From Lama guanicoe (Eukaryota): a DNA stretch of 64,000 nucleotides. The notes below the pieces were generated by a model. It was not told the origin of the DNA. It saw nothing but the letters and a program-made list of their open reading frames with translations, and ran no database searches. Location of the stretch: assembly GCA_013239625.1 (NCBI GenBank), contig MU053810.1:5178071-5242070 (forward strand), read 5' to 3'. How positions within the stretch are numbered: the stretch's first letter is position 1; each line of letters starts with the position of its first letter. Of the stretch, positions 12,072 to 22,163 are shown one piece after another. A program made the position numbers and the translations under genes.

Positions 12072-13544
12072 GTGAGTTATTTGAGGAGAAGGGAAAACTG
12101 TAGATCCAGTCTGTACCCATCGCATGCGTTTTCCCCTCCGCTCCTTCCCCTTTCCGCTGCTCCGCGGTGATCCCCACGCCCTGTCCTCGCTCACCTTTGC
12201 GGCCGCAGGCGTCCCGGGCTCAGCCCTGCCGCTACCTGTGCGAGCGCGCCCGCGCCCTGCCGTCCTCCGCATCCACCTGTCGCGCTCCGTCCTCCCCTCG
12301 GCCTCCCGCCTCCCTTCCTCCGGCGCCTCGCCCCTTCTCCGCCTGTTTACCTCGTGATTGGACCCCTGCTCTTAGGTCTTGACTTTGTTTCTTAAACAAG
12401 CAGCCGAAACCAGAAGAAGCCTTTTAAACGGGCCCTTGAATTTTGCCCGTTTTTTGATGTCCCTTTTTGAAAATCTTTCTGCGAAGGTTTTATTACGTTT
12501 GAACCATTTGTTCTTCCGTGAACCTACTTAGGCCCCTTTGACTGCTGAAAGATGCTCAGTTAGAAGCCTTTGCCATCCCGAGGCTCCAAAAGGCATTGTG
12601 GCAACCTTATCGAGGCCACTCTGCCCAAAGGGAGTAAGGATGCTCGAAGAGAAGAAAAGGCCGATTTTGGTCGTCTCACTGCCAGGGTGCTCCGTGGAGG
12701 GATCAAAACAGCATGGTGGCTTAGTTAACTTAAAAGGCTGTGCTGAATGTGTAGGGCCTTTATCATCTTGGGCTGTTAGTGAATTTCGTTAGGTAACAGC
12801 AAATTTAGTTTCTTTTATCCAGTTGATGAGATTTTAATTTTTATCCCAGGCGTTTAACAAACATTTTATTTCACATGAATGGCACCTTGGGGATGCTCCT
12901 GCTGTTCTTCACATCAGATTTTATATTTTCCAAAACGTAATATATGTATATGCCATCTTGCCCTTTTCTTTTCCAATTTGAGTATTTTATGTTTTGGGGT
13001 ATTTTGCTTAGCACATTTGGAGAAAAATTCTGTTCTCTATATATGCTAAGATTTGAACTAAGGACTCAGAATGATAACACCGTTAGCCAAATGGATAGTC
13101 ATTGGCCAAAGCTTATACATTTTCTAATTAGAAGGAACGTTTTGGAACTGATTATGCTAATTAGTTACTAAAAAAACCAAGAAGGACAAAGCATGATTTC
13201 TTCAGTTAGGAAGCACCAGCTGGTCTTAGCTTGCCTTGACTCTCCTCTGTTAATGAATACAGTAATTTCACTCATGTCATACTTTCTGTGGTTTTAAAAA
13301 TATGAAACAGAATTTAAAGTCTCACTATAGTGTGTTTAGTGTACAGTCTTAATGAAGTTATTAAATCATTTGGAAAGGAACCTTTTTCCTTTAGATACTT
13401 GGTCTTTAATTCTTTTTGCCTTTGAAAGCATGTTTACAAAGAATATATTTCTAATTATTATAATTCCCTCAACATGGCAATCGTGTTCAAGGAAATGCGT
13501 ATATCCAGTATGTCCACGAGGAATTAGGATTGGTGTACAATCGG

Positions 13545-13770
13545 AAGTCATGAACTTTTTCTGTTAAGGGCTAGATAATAAATATTTTAGGCCTTTGCAG
13601 GCCACATGGATTCATTTGAAACTACTCAGCTCCCCCATTATAGCTCAAAAGTAGCCAAAGACAATAGTTAACAAATGACAAATGAATGAGCAGTGTTGTT
13701 CCCATGAAACTGAATTTACAAAAGCAGCTGGGCCAGATTTGACCTATGGATTGTAGTTTGCACAAGACCC
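13545..13770. mobile_element. MER58A-like hAT-Charlie DNA transposon
   Basis: aactttttctgttaagggctagataataaatattttaggc...actactcagctc...gggccagatttgacctatggattgtagtttgc. Confidence 0.7.
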
Positions 13771-14379
13771 TTTATATAAATGGTTGTACATACAAATTAT
13801 ATTTTTCTGCTAAAGATAATCTTAATCTACTTAGATGAATAAAATGGGCAGAGGTGGGAATATAAATAAGACAATTGGGAGGAAAATAAACCCTATCTAA
13901 AGAATTTCTTTACAATATTTTTTTAAGTCAAAGAATTGCAAAGGATGCTTAAAGATTCATTTGAATTAGATACTCAAGACCATTAAGAGAATGTCTAATG
14001 GCAAAAGGCTAACAACAGGAAAGGCTTAGTCAACTTGGATTCTGAGATGGAGGCACAGATGAGTGGTGAACTTGTAAAATGCTTTAATTGTGAGATCCCT
14101 GTGATTACCACGTGGCGCTGAACTGCGGTCCCTTGCCCCTCTCCGCCTGGCTGTTTCAGTCAGCTGACCGATTGGAGGGCTTAAGAGGATTTTTACTTAG
14201 TAGTCAGCAGCAGCAAAGCTTCTATCCTTCCCCTGGTTAGTTTATATTCTAGTATATTTGGTTTTTTTTCTTATTACTTATTGGAAAACATTTGATTGCT
14301 GTAAAAATGCAGAATTTTTTTTAAAACCTCAGAATATCTTTCTTCATGACTTAATCTAGTCCACTATCTGCTTAAGGCA

Positions 14380-14685
14380 ACAAGGCTGCTGTGTGCCTTA
14401 CAGAGAAAATGTGTATGTCAGATAAGTTTCATTCAGGCCTGCATTAGCGTGCTGTTGGCTGAGTTCAGTGGTAAAAATGACTATGTATGTATATTAAATA
14501 AGATGTCTTTAAGTGGAAACACACATAAAATATTATGTATTGATCGGTTGGCAAAATGTTGTGACCAGAAGCTCACAGGAACCTAACCCTGTATTTCCCC
14601 TGGGAGCAATGATTCGCTATTCACTAATTCGCATTTATGGTGACTTTATGGAACATAACTACCATGAGTAATGAGAATTGACTAT
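14380..14685. mobile_element. MER44/Tigger7-like DNA transposon fragment
   Basis: gtgtgccttacagagaaaat...aaatgttgtgaccagaagctcacaggaacctaaccctgtatttccc...aatgagaattgact. Confidence 0.7.
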
Positions 14686-16595
14686 ATTACCTCTTAAGTA
14701 AAAATTCAGTTTTCAGATAAAAGTTATGTGCTATGGGCATTATTCCATCTTCTCTTGTCCCAGTTTGCTTACAATGGGTATTGAAACCCTAAAATTAGTT
14801 TGTGGCTAAATGTTACAAAACAAAATTTAGTATATAGCTTCTTTATTTTTCTTTAAAAATGATAATATTTGTTACATGTTATGGCACTTAATAACTGCTT
14901 TCTGCTAGTTTCAGGAAGATTTTTATGATGAAATAATACTGATACAGAATTAATGCATTGAACTGTCAGTTTTCTACTTTGGATTCATATAAAACAAAGG
15001 AAGAATTATAGTTACAAAAGATAAGGTGATGTTAACATGCATAATATTTGTCTTTCAGTCTTCTACTTATAATGGAGTTGATGTTAAGCATTCAACTCAC
15101 ATAAGGTGGAAAGGATCAGATAAAAGATTTAGTGTCCATAAAACAAACCGGCTGCTCAGGTGATATACAGTTATTACTAATATAGACATCAGAAAATTAT
15201 GCGTTAGGAGCTAAAAAAGAAGGCACTTCGTGATGTTATAAGCAGAGGCCACCTGAATAAGTGAATCAGACTATTTTATACAGTTTCCGTCAAACAGCTA
15301 GTGTTAAAGAACAGTGCCAGAATGCAGTTTAATAAAAGAAATTACTGATAAGGTTCAAGTGTACAGTTCCTCTGGTCCTAGGTTTACTCTAGGGAAAGGA
15401 TTACACTGTACATGTCAAAACAGTTCTTGATTCACAGATGAGTAGCACTATTTTCTCAGTTTATAAACAAACCAAACCATTAAAAAAAAAAAACCTTGTG
15501 CCTAGATACTCTGATTGAATTTATGTTTTTAGTCCACCATCACTGAGTGACAGTGATTAATATTACAATATATGTGAATATTCCTATGTGCCAGCCACTA
15601 TGCTGTGTGCTTTGAACTCATTATAAACTCATTTGAATAGCCAAGAGGTACCCATGTGTGGCAGACTTTCTGCACTTTTTTACAGTAGATATTACTACAT
15701 CCAAATCATGTAGTGATTCAGATGGATTAAACAATTTAAAAGAATAATTCAGACACCCATTTCATAGCTTCAGTTCACTGACTTTTTTCCTCTGATCACT
15801 AAACATACAGGTAAATTATTAAAATTTTAGGTGTCATTGGGAAAGGTTTATATTTATCATTTGATTGTATTGTCTTGTGTATTGCTTGATGGCAGAAATT
15901 CAGTACTGGTTAGTACAATTCTTTTCTATCATAAGATACACGTGTTGGAAAAAAAGACAGTATTGTAATCTTTTAATAATAGGTTTAGGGAACCATGGAA
16001 AGGGTCAGTTTATTATTTTTCTGTACGTAAATGTTTTCAGGTGGATATTTTAATAATAGACTATGTGTGGAGTTTTATGATATTATATGCAGTTATGATT
16101 AACTGGAAATTTTTTCCACTTAGAGACCCCACTTTTTGCAAAGATTGACTTTGCCTCAGCATTGACAAACTCTTCCCCCTAAGATTGGTTCCTGTGTGTC
16201 ATTTTGTAAGTCAGTGGGACTTAAACACATACAAACTGAAAAGCCAAATAAAGAAATGTATCCCTTCTCTTGACAGTTCTAATTTAGCTTATAGGTTAAA
16301 TTCAGTGTTAGCATAAAATGGTCTAAGTGTTTTATTAGAGAACACAGTTTGAATAGCGTAGATGATTAGAGTAGTAAATGTAAGTTTTCAGAACACGTTT
16401 AAACACACCATCTAACATTTAGTAAGACTTAGTTGCATACTGGCTCTACCACAGAACATGTGAAAAGCCCCACTACACGTCTGTAAAGTTAGTCAATTTA
16501 AATAAACATTGCTGCAGTTACTAAATTGTACTTTACATAAAAATTTGACTTGTCTGGCATACGTTTGTGTTTTAATGGTGAATATATTTCCAAAG

Positions 16596-16759
16596 ACAGA
16601 GATGTGACCAGTATGGGGAATTACAGAGTTTCTCTGGATGCCAGAATAATTTTGTCCTTTTATCATTGGAAACATTCTTGAGGTTTTTTGCTGTCACTCT
16701 GGAGTCTGGAATTGGAGTTAAGCCTCTCCAGTGATGACATTTATAGGACAGAAATAAAA
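16596..16759 (+). other. THNSL1: Candidate THNSL1 non-coding 5'UTR exon 2
   Basis: Acceptor-like tttccaaag| at 16595 and a weak donor AAA|GTGACG at 16760. THNSL1 is recalled to have two non-coding exons ahead of the coding exon. Boundaries unverified. Confidence 0.35.
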
Positions 16760-17589
16760 GTGACGGTCCCATGCAGATAAGGTTGTAGATATATAGTCTT
16801 TGACTTTGCTACTGATTATCAATTTTTTTAAAGTATTTGTATATTATTATTTCTTTCACTAGCTTTTTAAAAAATCCTTCAATATGGAAAGTATGTAAGA
16901 ATGATTCCTAACAGTATGCCTGTAACAGGCACATAAGAAAGAAAATGTCATACCTTTGCCCCATCGTTTGGAAAATTACTTAGGCATTTTATAAGCAAAT
17001 CCTTTTATTCTGGTTTCTTGCTGTGAATTCTTTGACAAAGAAATTCATGAGTAATGCAATAGTCTTATCAACATGTTCATATAACTAAAGAGAAGTCAAA
17101 TATAAAGAATATTGCTTTGCTTTTTACATTGCAAGTAAATAAGTAAATAGCATTCCAACTCCTAATAATCCTTATTTGCATGGGTTATAAACCATGAGAC
17201 ACTTTTCATTACAGGAAAAGAAAAACTAATTTGATTTAGTATCTTTAAAAAAAATCATCTATGATACGGCATTTTCTGAATAAAGTTTCTGTTGCTCATA
17301 CTTACAAATTGTTTTGATTACTCTCTGTCTTGAGATTTGAAAAGATTATTAAAAGGATAAAATGCAATATATGAGAATTTGGGTTCCAGTACTTTTTAAA
17401 ATGTCCCATAAATTTGAAAACATTATAAACAGTTTATGTACTGTGGGCATGGTTATATGCAATCCTAATGGGGTTTGAAGTCTATTGACATTAGTAATCA
17501 GATGTCTTTGTTTTGTTGTTTTGTCTTCCTGTTTTGCAAAGGGCTAAAGCCGGTTTCTAGGTTGGCTTGGGCAGAAAAGTGAAGAGAGA

Positions 17590-19836
17590 ATGCTCCACCT
17601 TAACCGATGTCAGCATCTGAAACGAGTCATTCAGAAATGTTTTGCTAGTATACATGTTAAAACAGATAAACACACACAGCTGTTTCTTTCAAGAACCTTT
17701 GCACTTGCGGAATTGAGGAAGTCATGGCACTCAATATCCTCTCTTGTTGGAGACAAAAATATTATCCTGATGGGACCGCCCGGTGCTGGGAAGACAACAG
17801 TAGGCAGAATAATAGGTCAGAAACTAGACTGTTGTGTCATAGATGTGGACGATGATGTCCTTGAAAAAACCTGGAATATGAGTGTGTCTGAAAAATTGCA
17901 GGATGTTGGTAATGAGCAATTTTTAGAAGAGGAAGGAAAAGCTGTGTTAAACTTCTCTGCATCTGGAAGTGTGATTTCCCTTACTGGGTCCAATCCAATG
18001 CATGACGCTAGCATGTGGCATCTGAAGGAAAATGGAATAATTGTGTATCTGGATGTTCCTCTAATGGATATAGTTAGTCGTCTAAAATTAATGAAAACAG
18101 ATAGGATTGTAGGTCAGAATTCTGGAACGTCAATGAAAGACTTACTTAAGTGTAGAAGACAGTATTATAAGAAGTGGTACGACACTCGTGTTTTTTGTGA
18201 AAGCGGGGCTTCCCCAGAGGAAGTAGCTGATAAAGTGCTGAATGCAGTTAAAAGATACCAAGATGTGGACTCAGAAACGTTCATTTCCACACGACACATT
18301 TGGCCTAAAGACTGTGAACAGAAGGTTCCAGCAAAATTCTTTAGTGAAGCTGTGATTGAGGGGTTAGCCTCTGATGGTGGACTCTTTGTTCCCGAGAAGG
18401 AGTTTCCCAAATTAAACTGTGGGGAGTGGAAAAGCCTAGTAGGAGCAACTTACATAGAAAGAGCACAGGTACTCTTGGAAAAATGCATACATCCCGCAGA
18501 CATACCTGCTGCCAGGCTGGGAGAAATGATTGAAACTGCTTATGGGGAGAACTTTGCCTGCTCAAAAATTGCCCCCGTCAGGCACCTGTCTGGCAACCAG
18601 TTCATCCTGGAGTTGTTTCACGGACCAACGGGATCGTTTAAAGATCTGTCTTTACAGCTTCTGCCTCATTTTTTTGCACACTGTATTCCACCAAGTTGCA
18701 ATTACATGATACTTGTAGCCACCTCAGGGGACACAGGGAGTGCTGTCTTACATGGCTTTAGTCATCTTAATAAGAATGACCAGAAAAGAATAGCTGTGGC
18801 CACATTTTTCCCTGAGAACGGAGTGAGCGATTTTCAAAAAGCGCAAATAATTGGCAGTCAGAAAGAAAATGGATGGGCAGTGGGTGTCCTGTCAGATTTT
18901 GATTTTTGCCAGACATCTATAAAAACGATTTTTAAAGACTCTGATTTTACTGGCTTTCTTACTGTGGAATATGGAACGGTCTTAAGTTCAGCTAATTCCA
19001 TAAACTGGGGCCGACTGCTTCCCCAGGTAGTTTATCATGCCTCTGCATACCTTGATCTCGTTAGCCAAGGATTTATTTCTTTTGGAAGCCCTGTCGATGT
19101 CTGTATTCCCACAGGAAACTTTGGTAACATTTTAGCTGCAGTGTATGCCAAAATGATGGGAATCCCTATTCGGAAATTCATTTGTGCTTCTAATCAGAAC
19201 CATGTTTTGACTGATTTTATAAAAACAGGACATTATGATCTAAGGCAAAGAAAATTAGCACAGACCTTTTCGCCAGCCATAGATATTCTCAAATCTTCAA
19301 ACCTGGAACGGCATTTACACTTGATGGCAAATAAGGATGGACAACTAATGACAAGATTATTTAACCAACTGGAAGAGCAGCATCACTTCCAGATAGAGAA
19401 GCTCCTAGTTGAGAAGCTTCAGCAGGACTTTGTAGCCGACTGGTGCTCCGAGGCAGAGTGCCTGGCAGCCATTCACTCCACCTACAACACCTCAGGCTAT
19501 ATTTTGGACCCACATACTGCTGTCGCGAAAGTAGTTGCAGACAAGATGCAAGACAAAACCTGCCCGGTGATCATCTCCTCTACAGCTCATTACTCAAAGT
19601 TTGCACCTGCCATCATGCAGGCTTTAAAGATCAAAGAAATCAACCATACTTCCTCCAGTCAGGTTTATTTACTGAGTTCATACAATGCGTTACCTCCACC
19701 ACATGAGGCTTTATTAGAGACAGCAAAGCAGCAAGAGAAGGTGGACTACCAGGTCTGCGCAGCAGATGTGAATGTCCTGAAGAGCCACGTGGAAAAACTA
19801 GTACAAAACCAGTTCATATTAAAGGTTTCTGAGTAA
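17590..19836 (+). CDS. THNSL1: Threonine synthase-like 1 (748 aa): N-terminal shikimate-kinase-like P-loop domain plus C-terminal PLP-dependent threonine-synthase-like domain; intronless CDS
   Basis: Long ORF with Walker A GPPGAGKT (17773-17796) and PLP-lysine motif FHGPTGSFKD (K351, 18640-18642). Further threonine synthase motifs: ATSGDTGSA, NSINWGR, PTGNFGN, SSNLER, DPHTAVA, STAHYSKF. Head-to-head with ENKUR as known in mammals. Confidence 0.98.
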   Translation: MLHLNRCQHLKRVIQKCFASIHVKTDKHTQLFLSRTFALAELRKSWHSISSLVGDKNIILMGPPGAGKTTVGRIIGQKLDCCVIDVDDDVLEKTWNMSVSEKLQDVGNEQFLEEEGKAVLNFSASGSVISLTGSNPMHDASMWHLKENGIIVYLDVPLMDIVSRLKLMKTDRIVGQNSGTSMKDLLKCRRQYYKKWYDTRVFCESGASPEEVADKVLNAVKRYQDVDSETFISTRHIWPKDCEQKVPAKFFSEAVIEGLASDGGLFVPEKEFPKLNCGEWKSLVGATYIERAQVLLEKCIHPADIPAARLGEMIETAYGENFACSKIAPVRHLSGNQFILELFHGPTGSFKDLSLQLLPHFFAHCIPPSCNYMILVATSGDTGSAVLHGFSHLNKNDQKRIAVATFFPENGVSDFQKAQIIGSQKENGWAVGVLSDFDFCQTSIKTIFKDSDFTGFLTVEYGTVLSSANSINWGRLLPQVVYHASAYLDLVSQGFISFGSPVDVCIPTGNFGNILAAVYAKMMGIPIRKFICASNQNHVLTDFIKTGHYDLRQRKLAQTFSPAIDILKSSNLERHLHLMANKDGQLMTRLFNQLEEQHHFQIEKLLVEKLQQDFVADWCSEAECLAAIHSTYNTSGYILDPHTAVAKVVADKMQDKTCPVIISSTAHYSKFAPAIMQALKIKEINHTSSSQVYLLSSYNALPPPHEALLETAKQQEKVDYQVCAADVNVLKSHVEKLVQNQFILKVSE

Positions 19837-20551
19837 AATAAGAATTTTTTTCCGGTGATAAACATTCAATAATAAATCACAAAAGTTGATTTGGAGTACA
19901 AGAAGCATTTTGTTTTTTATGTAAATATGTATGTCGGTATGTAGATCTGCTAACTTTTGGCATTTCAACAGCCTAATCTCTAGATCTGAACATTGTGCTT
20001 GCACATGCTCCTTGGAGCCCTGATCTAGAAGACAAAAGTTAGCCCGGAGCACAGACCCTTGTGCTGTGCTTTGCACTCATGAGAGATGTATCAGTTTCTA
20101 GTCCCTCATCCCCGTTTTAAGTGGACCAAAATATCTGGTATTCAATCTAGCAATTAAAATATTTAAGCATAGCCGTTACGTGGTACATCTGTAACCATTA
20201 CTGGTTCTCTATTGACTAGAAAGATAATTTACCACTCTAATGGCTAACTTCGATGTAGTAAGCGCATCTATTAAGACAGGGCTGGTGTTTTTAACTCTCC
20301 TCAAGCCCCATTCTGGACTGTACTTAACGGTGTGTATCCTGTGCCAAACAGATTAGAGAAGTGCTCTGTCCTTCACTGTACACTTTGGATGTATGTAGTT
20401 AAAGTGATGTGGTATGAAAATCAGGACACAAGATTTAAATCCAGGATTTAACAATCAACAGAACTAGTTAGTAGTGGATGCAGAAATAAAATTACTTATC
20501 TATTTCAGGAGAAACGCTTTCCAAAAGTATTTGAATAGTCTTAGTAGAAGT

Positions 20552-20597
20552 ATGTTTATAGTTATAGCAGTTTTCATGTTTATAGTTATAGCAGTTT
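20552..20597. repeat. 24-bp tandem duplication in THNSL1 3'UTR
   Basis: ATGTTTATAGTTATAGCAGTTT at 20552 and 20576. Confidence 0.9.
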
Positions 20598-22047
20598 CCT
20601 GTATTATTTGGACTCCATTCCTATATAATTTACTGTCTCTCTTTTCAATGAACATTGTCTTTTTTTTTTTGGCAACTAAAATCACATACAATTGAAGCAA
20701 GTATTTAATTTGTCCTTCTTTGTAGTAACAGTACATTATAACTGTGATTTACATTTGTGAATTTCCTGGATGTTTTATTTCTGAATTAAAGATGATCACT
20801 GAAAGGACCTGTTAGTGCCCTGGACCACTCTCAACCACAAGATGGCATTCCTAACATAATTTGTCTTTGCTGATAGGGAGGACTTTATTTTCTGGGAGAA
20901 CTACCTCCAAAAAGAAACATAATATAACTTGTCAAGAAAAAATTGTAAGTTTAATAAGCAGAAATAATTTAAAAATTAAAAAAGTTAAGCCAATTATGTG
21001 CTAACTTTGGATCTCTGGCTTCTAAAAAAAGTAAGTTCTAAACCCAAAACTTGAAAATCAAGAGTAGTTGTAAGAATTTTGAGAAAAAAGAAATGAGATT
21101 TTTAAATTACATATTAATGGAAATTGGAATATAGTTTTTCATCAAAATAGAGTTTAGAAGGTAATAAATTGTTTTGTTTGAGGTTTTTGTTAGGTTGTAA
21201 TAGCAATTCACTTTCAAAAACAATCATTTATGGCAAATACTGTTTCAACCCATTAAACCATTTATAAACGTTTTACAATTCAAATTACTCAAAAAGTAGC
21301 TGTTTTCATGTGAGCATCAAATTCATGGAAACAGAAATAATACAGGTTTTGTGCCACGCAAGAGCATGAATAAAGTCTATGTACGAAATAGTTATTTGTG
21401 TGGGCCCTCTCTGCGTACTGTAACCACTAAAATCATTCGTTTTTTATCTCTTGGAAACTTTAAAGACAAATAGCCTCCTTTAAAATCAGTTTCAGTAAGT
21501 GCCTCTGATTCAAAGAAGGTGAAGCCAAGCAAGTTGCCAGTGTCATGGAGAAGGGAGCTGTGAGACACAGGAGACCAACTGAGCATTGGGAGAGCAGTTC
21601 TCTGATCAGCTGGCTCCACTGAGACCAGAGCTCTCCATCAGGAAGTTCTGTGCTTCCTACAGAAGGTGCATTAGTCCATTTAGCCATTTTCCTTTCTAGA
21701 CTCTTTGGGTTCTTAGGACTTTTTCACAATTGCCTCGAGGAGTCACTGCACTGAAGTTCCGCATTACTACTCATGAGGTTAGCATCACGGACGGACTTTA
21801 TTGAGATTTTAGTGGCCTGTACAATGTGGAGTTGCTAAAGGCAGGTTTAATTTCATTTAAAAATATTAGGAGAGTTTATAACTTTACATTACTTAAATCT
21901 ACAGTGAGCTGCTTCAAATAAATTCTCATATTTGGTGAATGATTCCTAAAATTAGTCAACACCATTTTATAGTGAACTCAGCAGTATCTTTGTAGGTTTT
22001 TTTTTTTTTAAAAAAAACAAATGCTTTATTGCCATTTTTCAAAATGG

Positions 22048-22163
22048 AAACTTTGAGGTAGGGATTCCAGAGCTCATAAGAAATGCTAAAGTAAGAAATG
22101 CTGAATAAGAAAAAAACTTTGAGGCAGATATTCCAGACCTCATAAGAAATGCTAAAATAAGAA
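22048..22163. repeat. Degenerate 66-bp tandem duplication with nested 14-bp repeat
   Basis: AAACTTTGAGG...ATTCCAGA.CTCATAAGAAATGCTAAA starts at 22048 and 22114. An extra TAAGAAATGCT unit lies between them. Confidence 0.85.

Larger units (their letters stand above)
11690..12360. promoter_or_regulatory. CpG island / bidirectional promoter of ENKUR and THNSL1
   Basis: Dense GC/CpG-rich block between divergent genes. GC box GGGGCGGGGC near 11754-11763. Repeated GCGCAGGCG motifs. Confidence 0.9.
17542..20810 (+). other. THNSL1: THNSL1 terminal exon (short 5'UTR + CDS + 3'UTR)
   Basis: Polypyrimidine tract and acceptor ttgtcttcctgttttgcaaag| at 17541, 48 nt before the ATG. Candidate poly(A) signals: AATAAA near 19872 and 20485, ATTAAA at 20785-20790. 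The 3' end is uncertain. Confidence 0.55.

Noticed and set aside
11232..12382. Many overlapping 70-214 aa ORFs across the promoter
   Set aside because: Low-complexity Arg/Pro/Ala/Gly translations are expected from a stop-poor CpG island. No recognisable domain.
17817..19706. Antisense and alternative-frame ORFs inside THNSL1
   Set aside because: Short shadows of the real CDS with no independent support.
17590..19836. Bacterial contamination or recent horizontal transfer (intronless, bacterial-like enzyme domains)
   Set aside because: It has a mammalian splice acceptor and UTR, known synteny with ENKUR, and mammalian repeats on both sides. This is the native vertebrate THNSL1.
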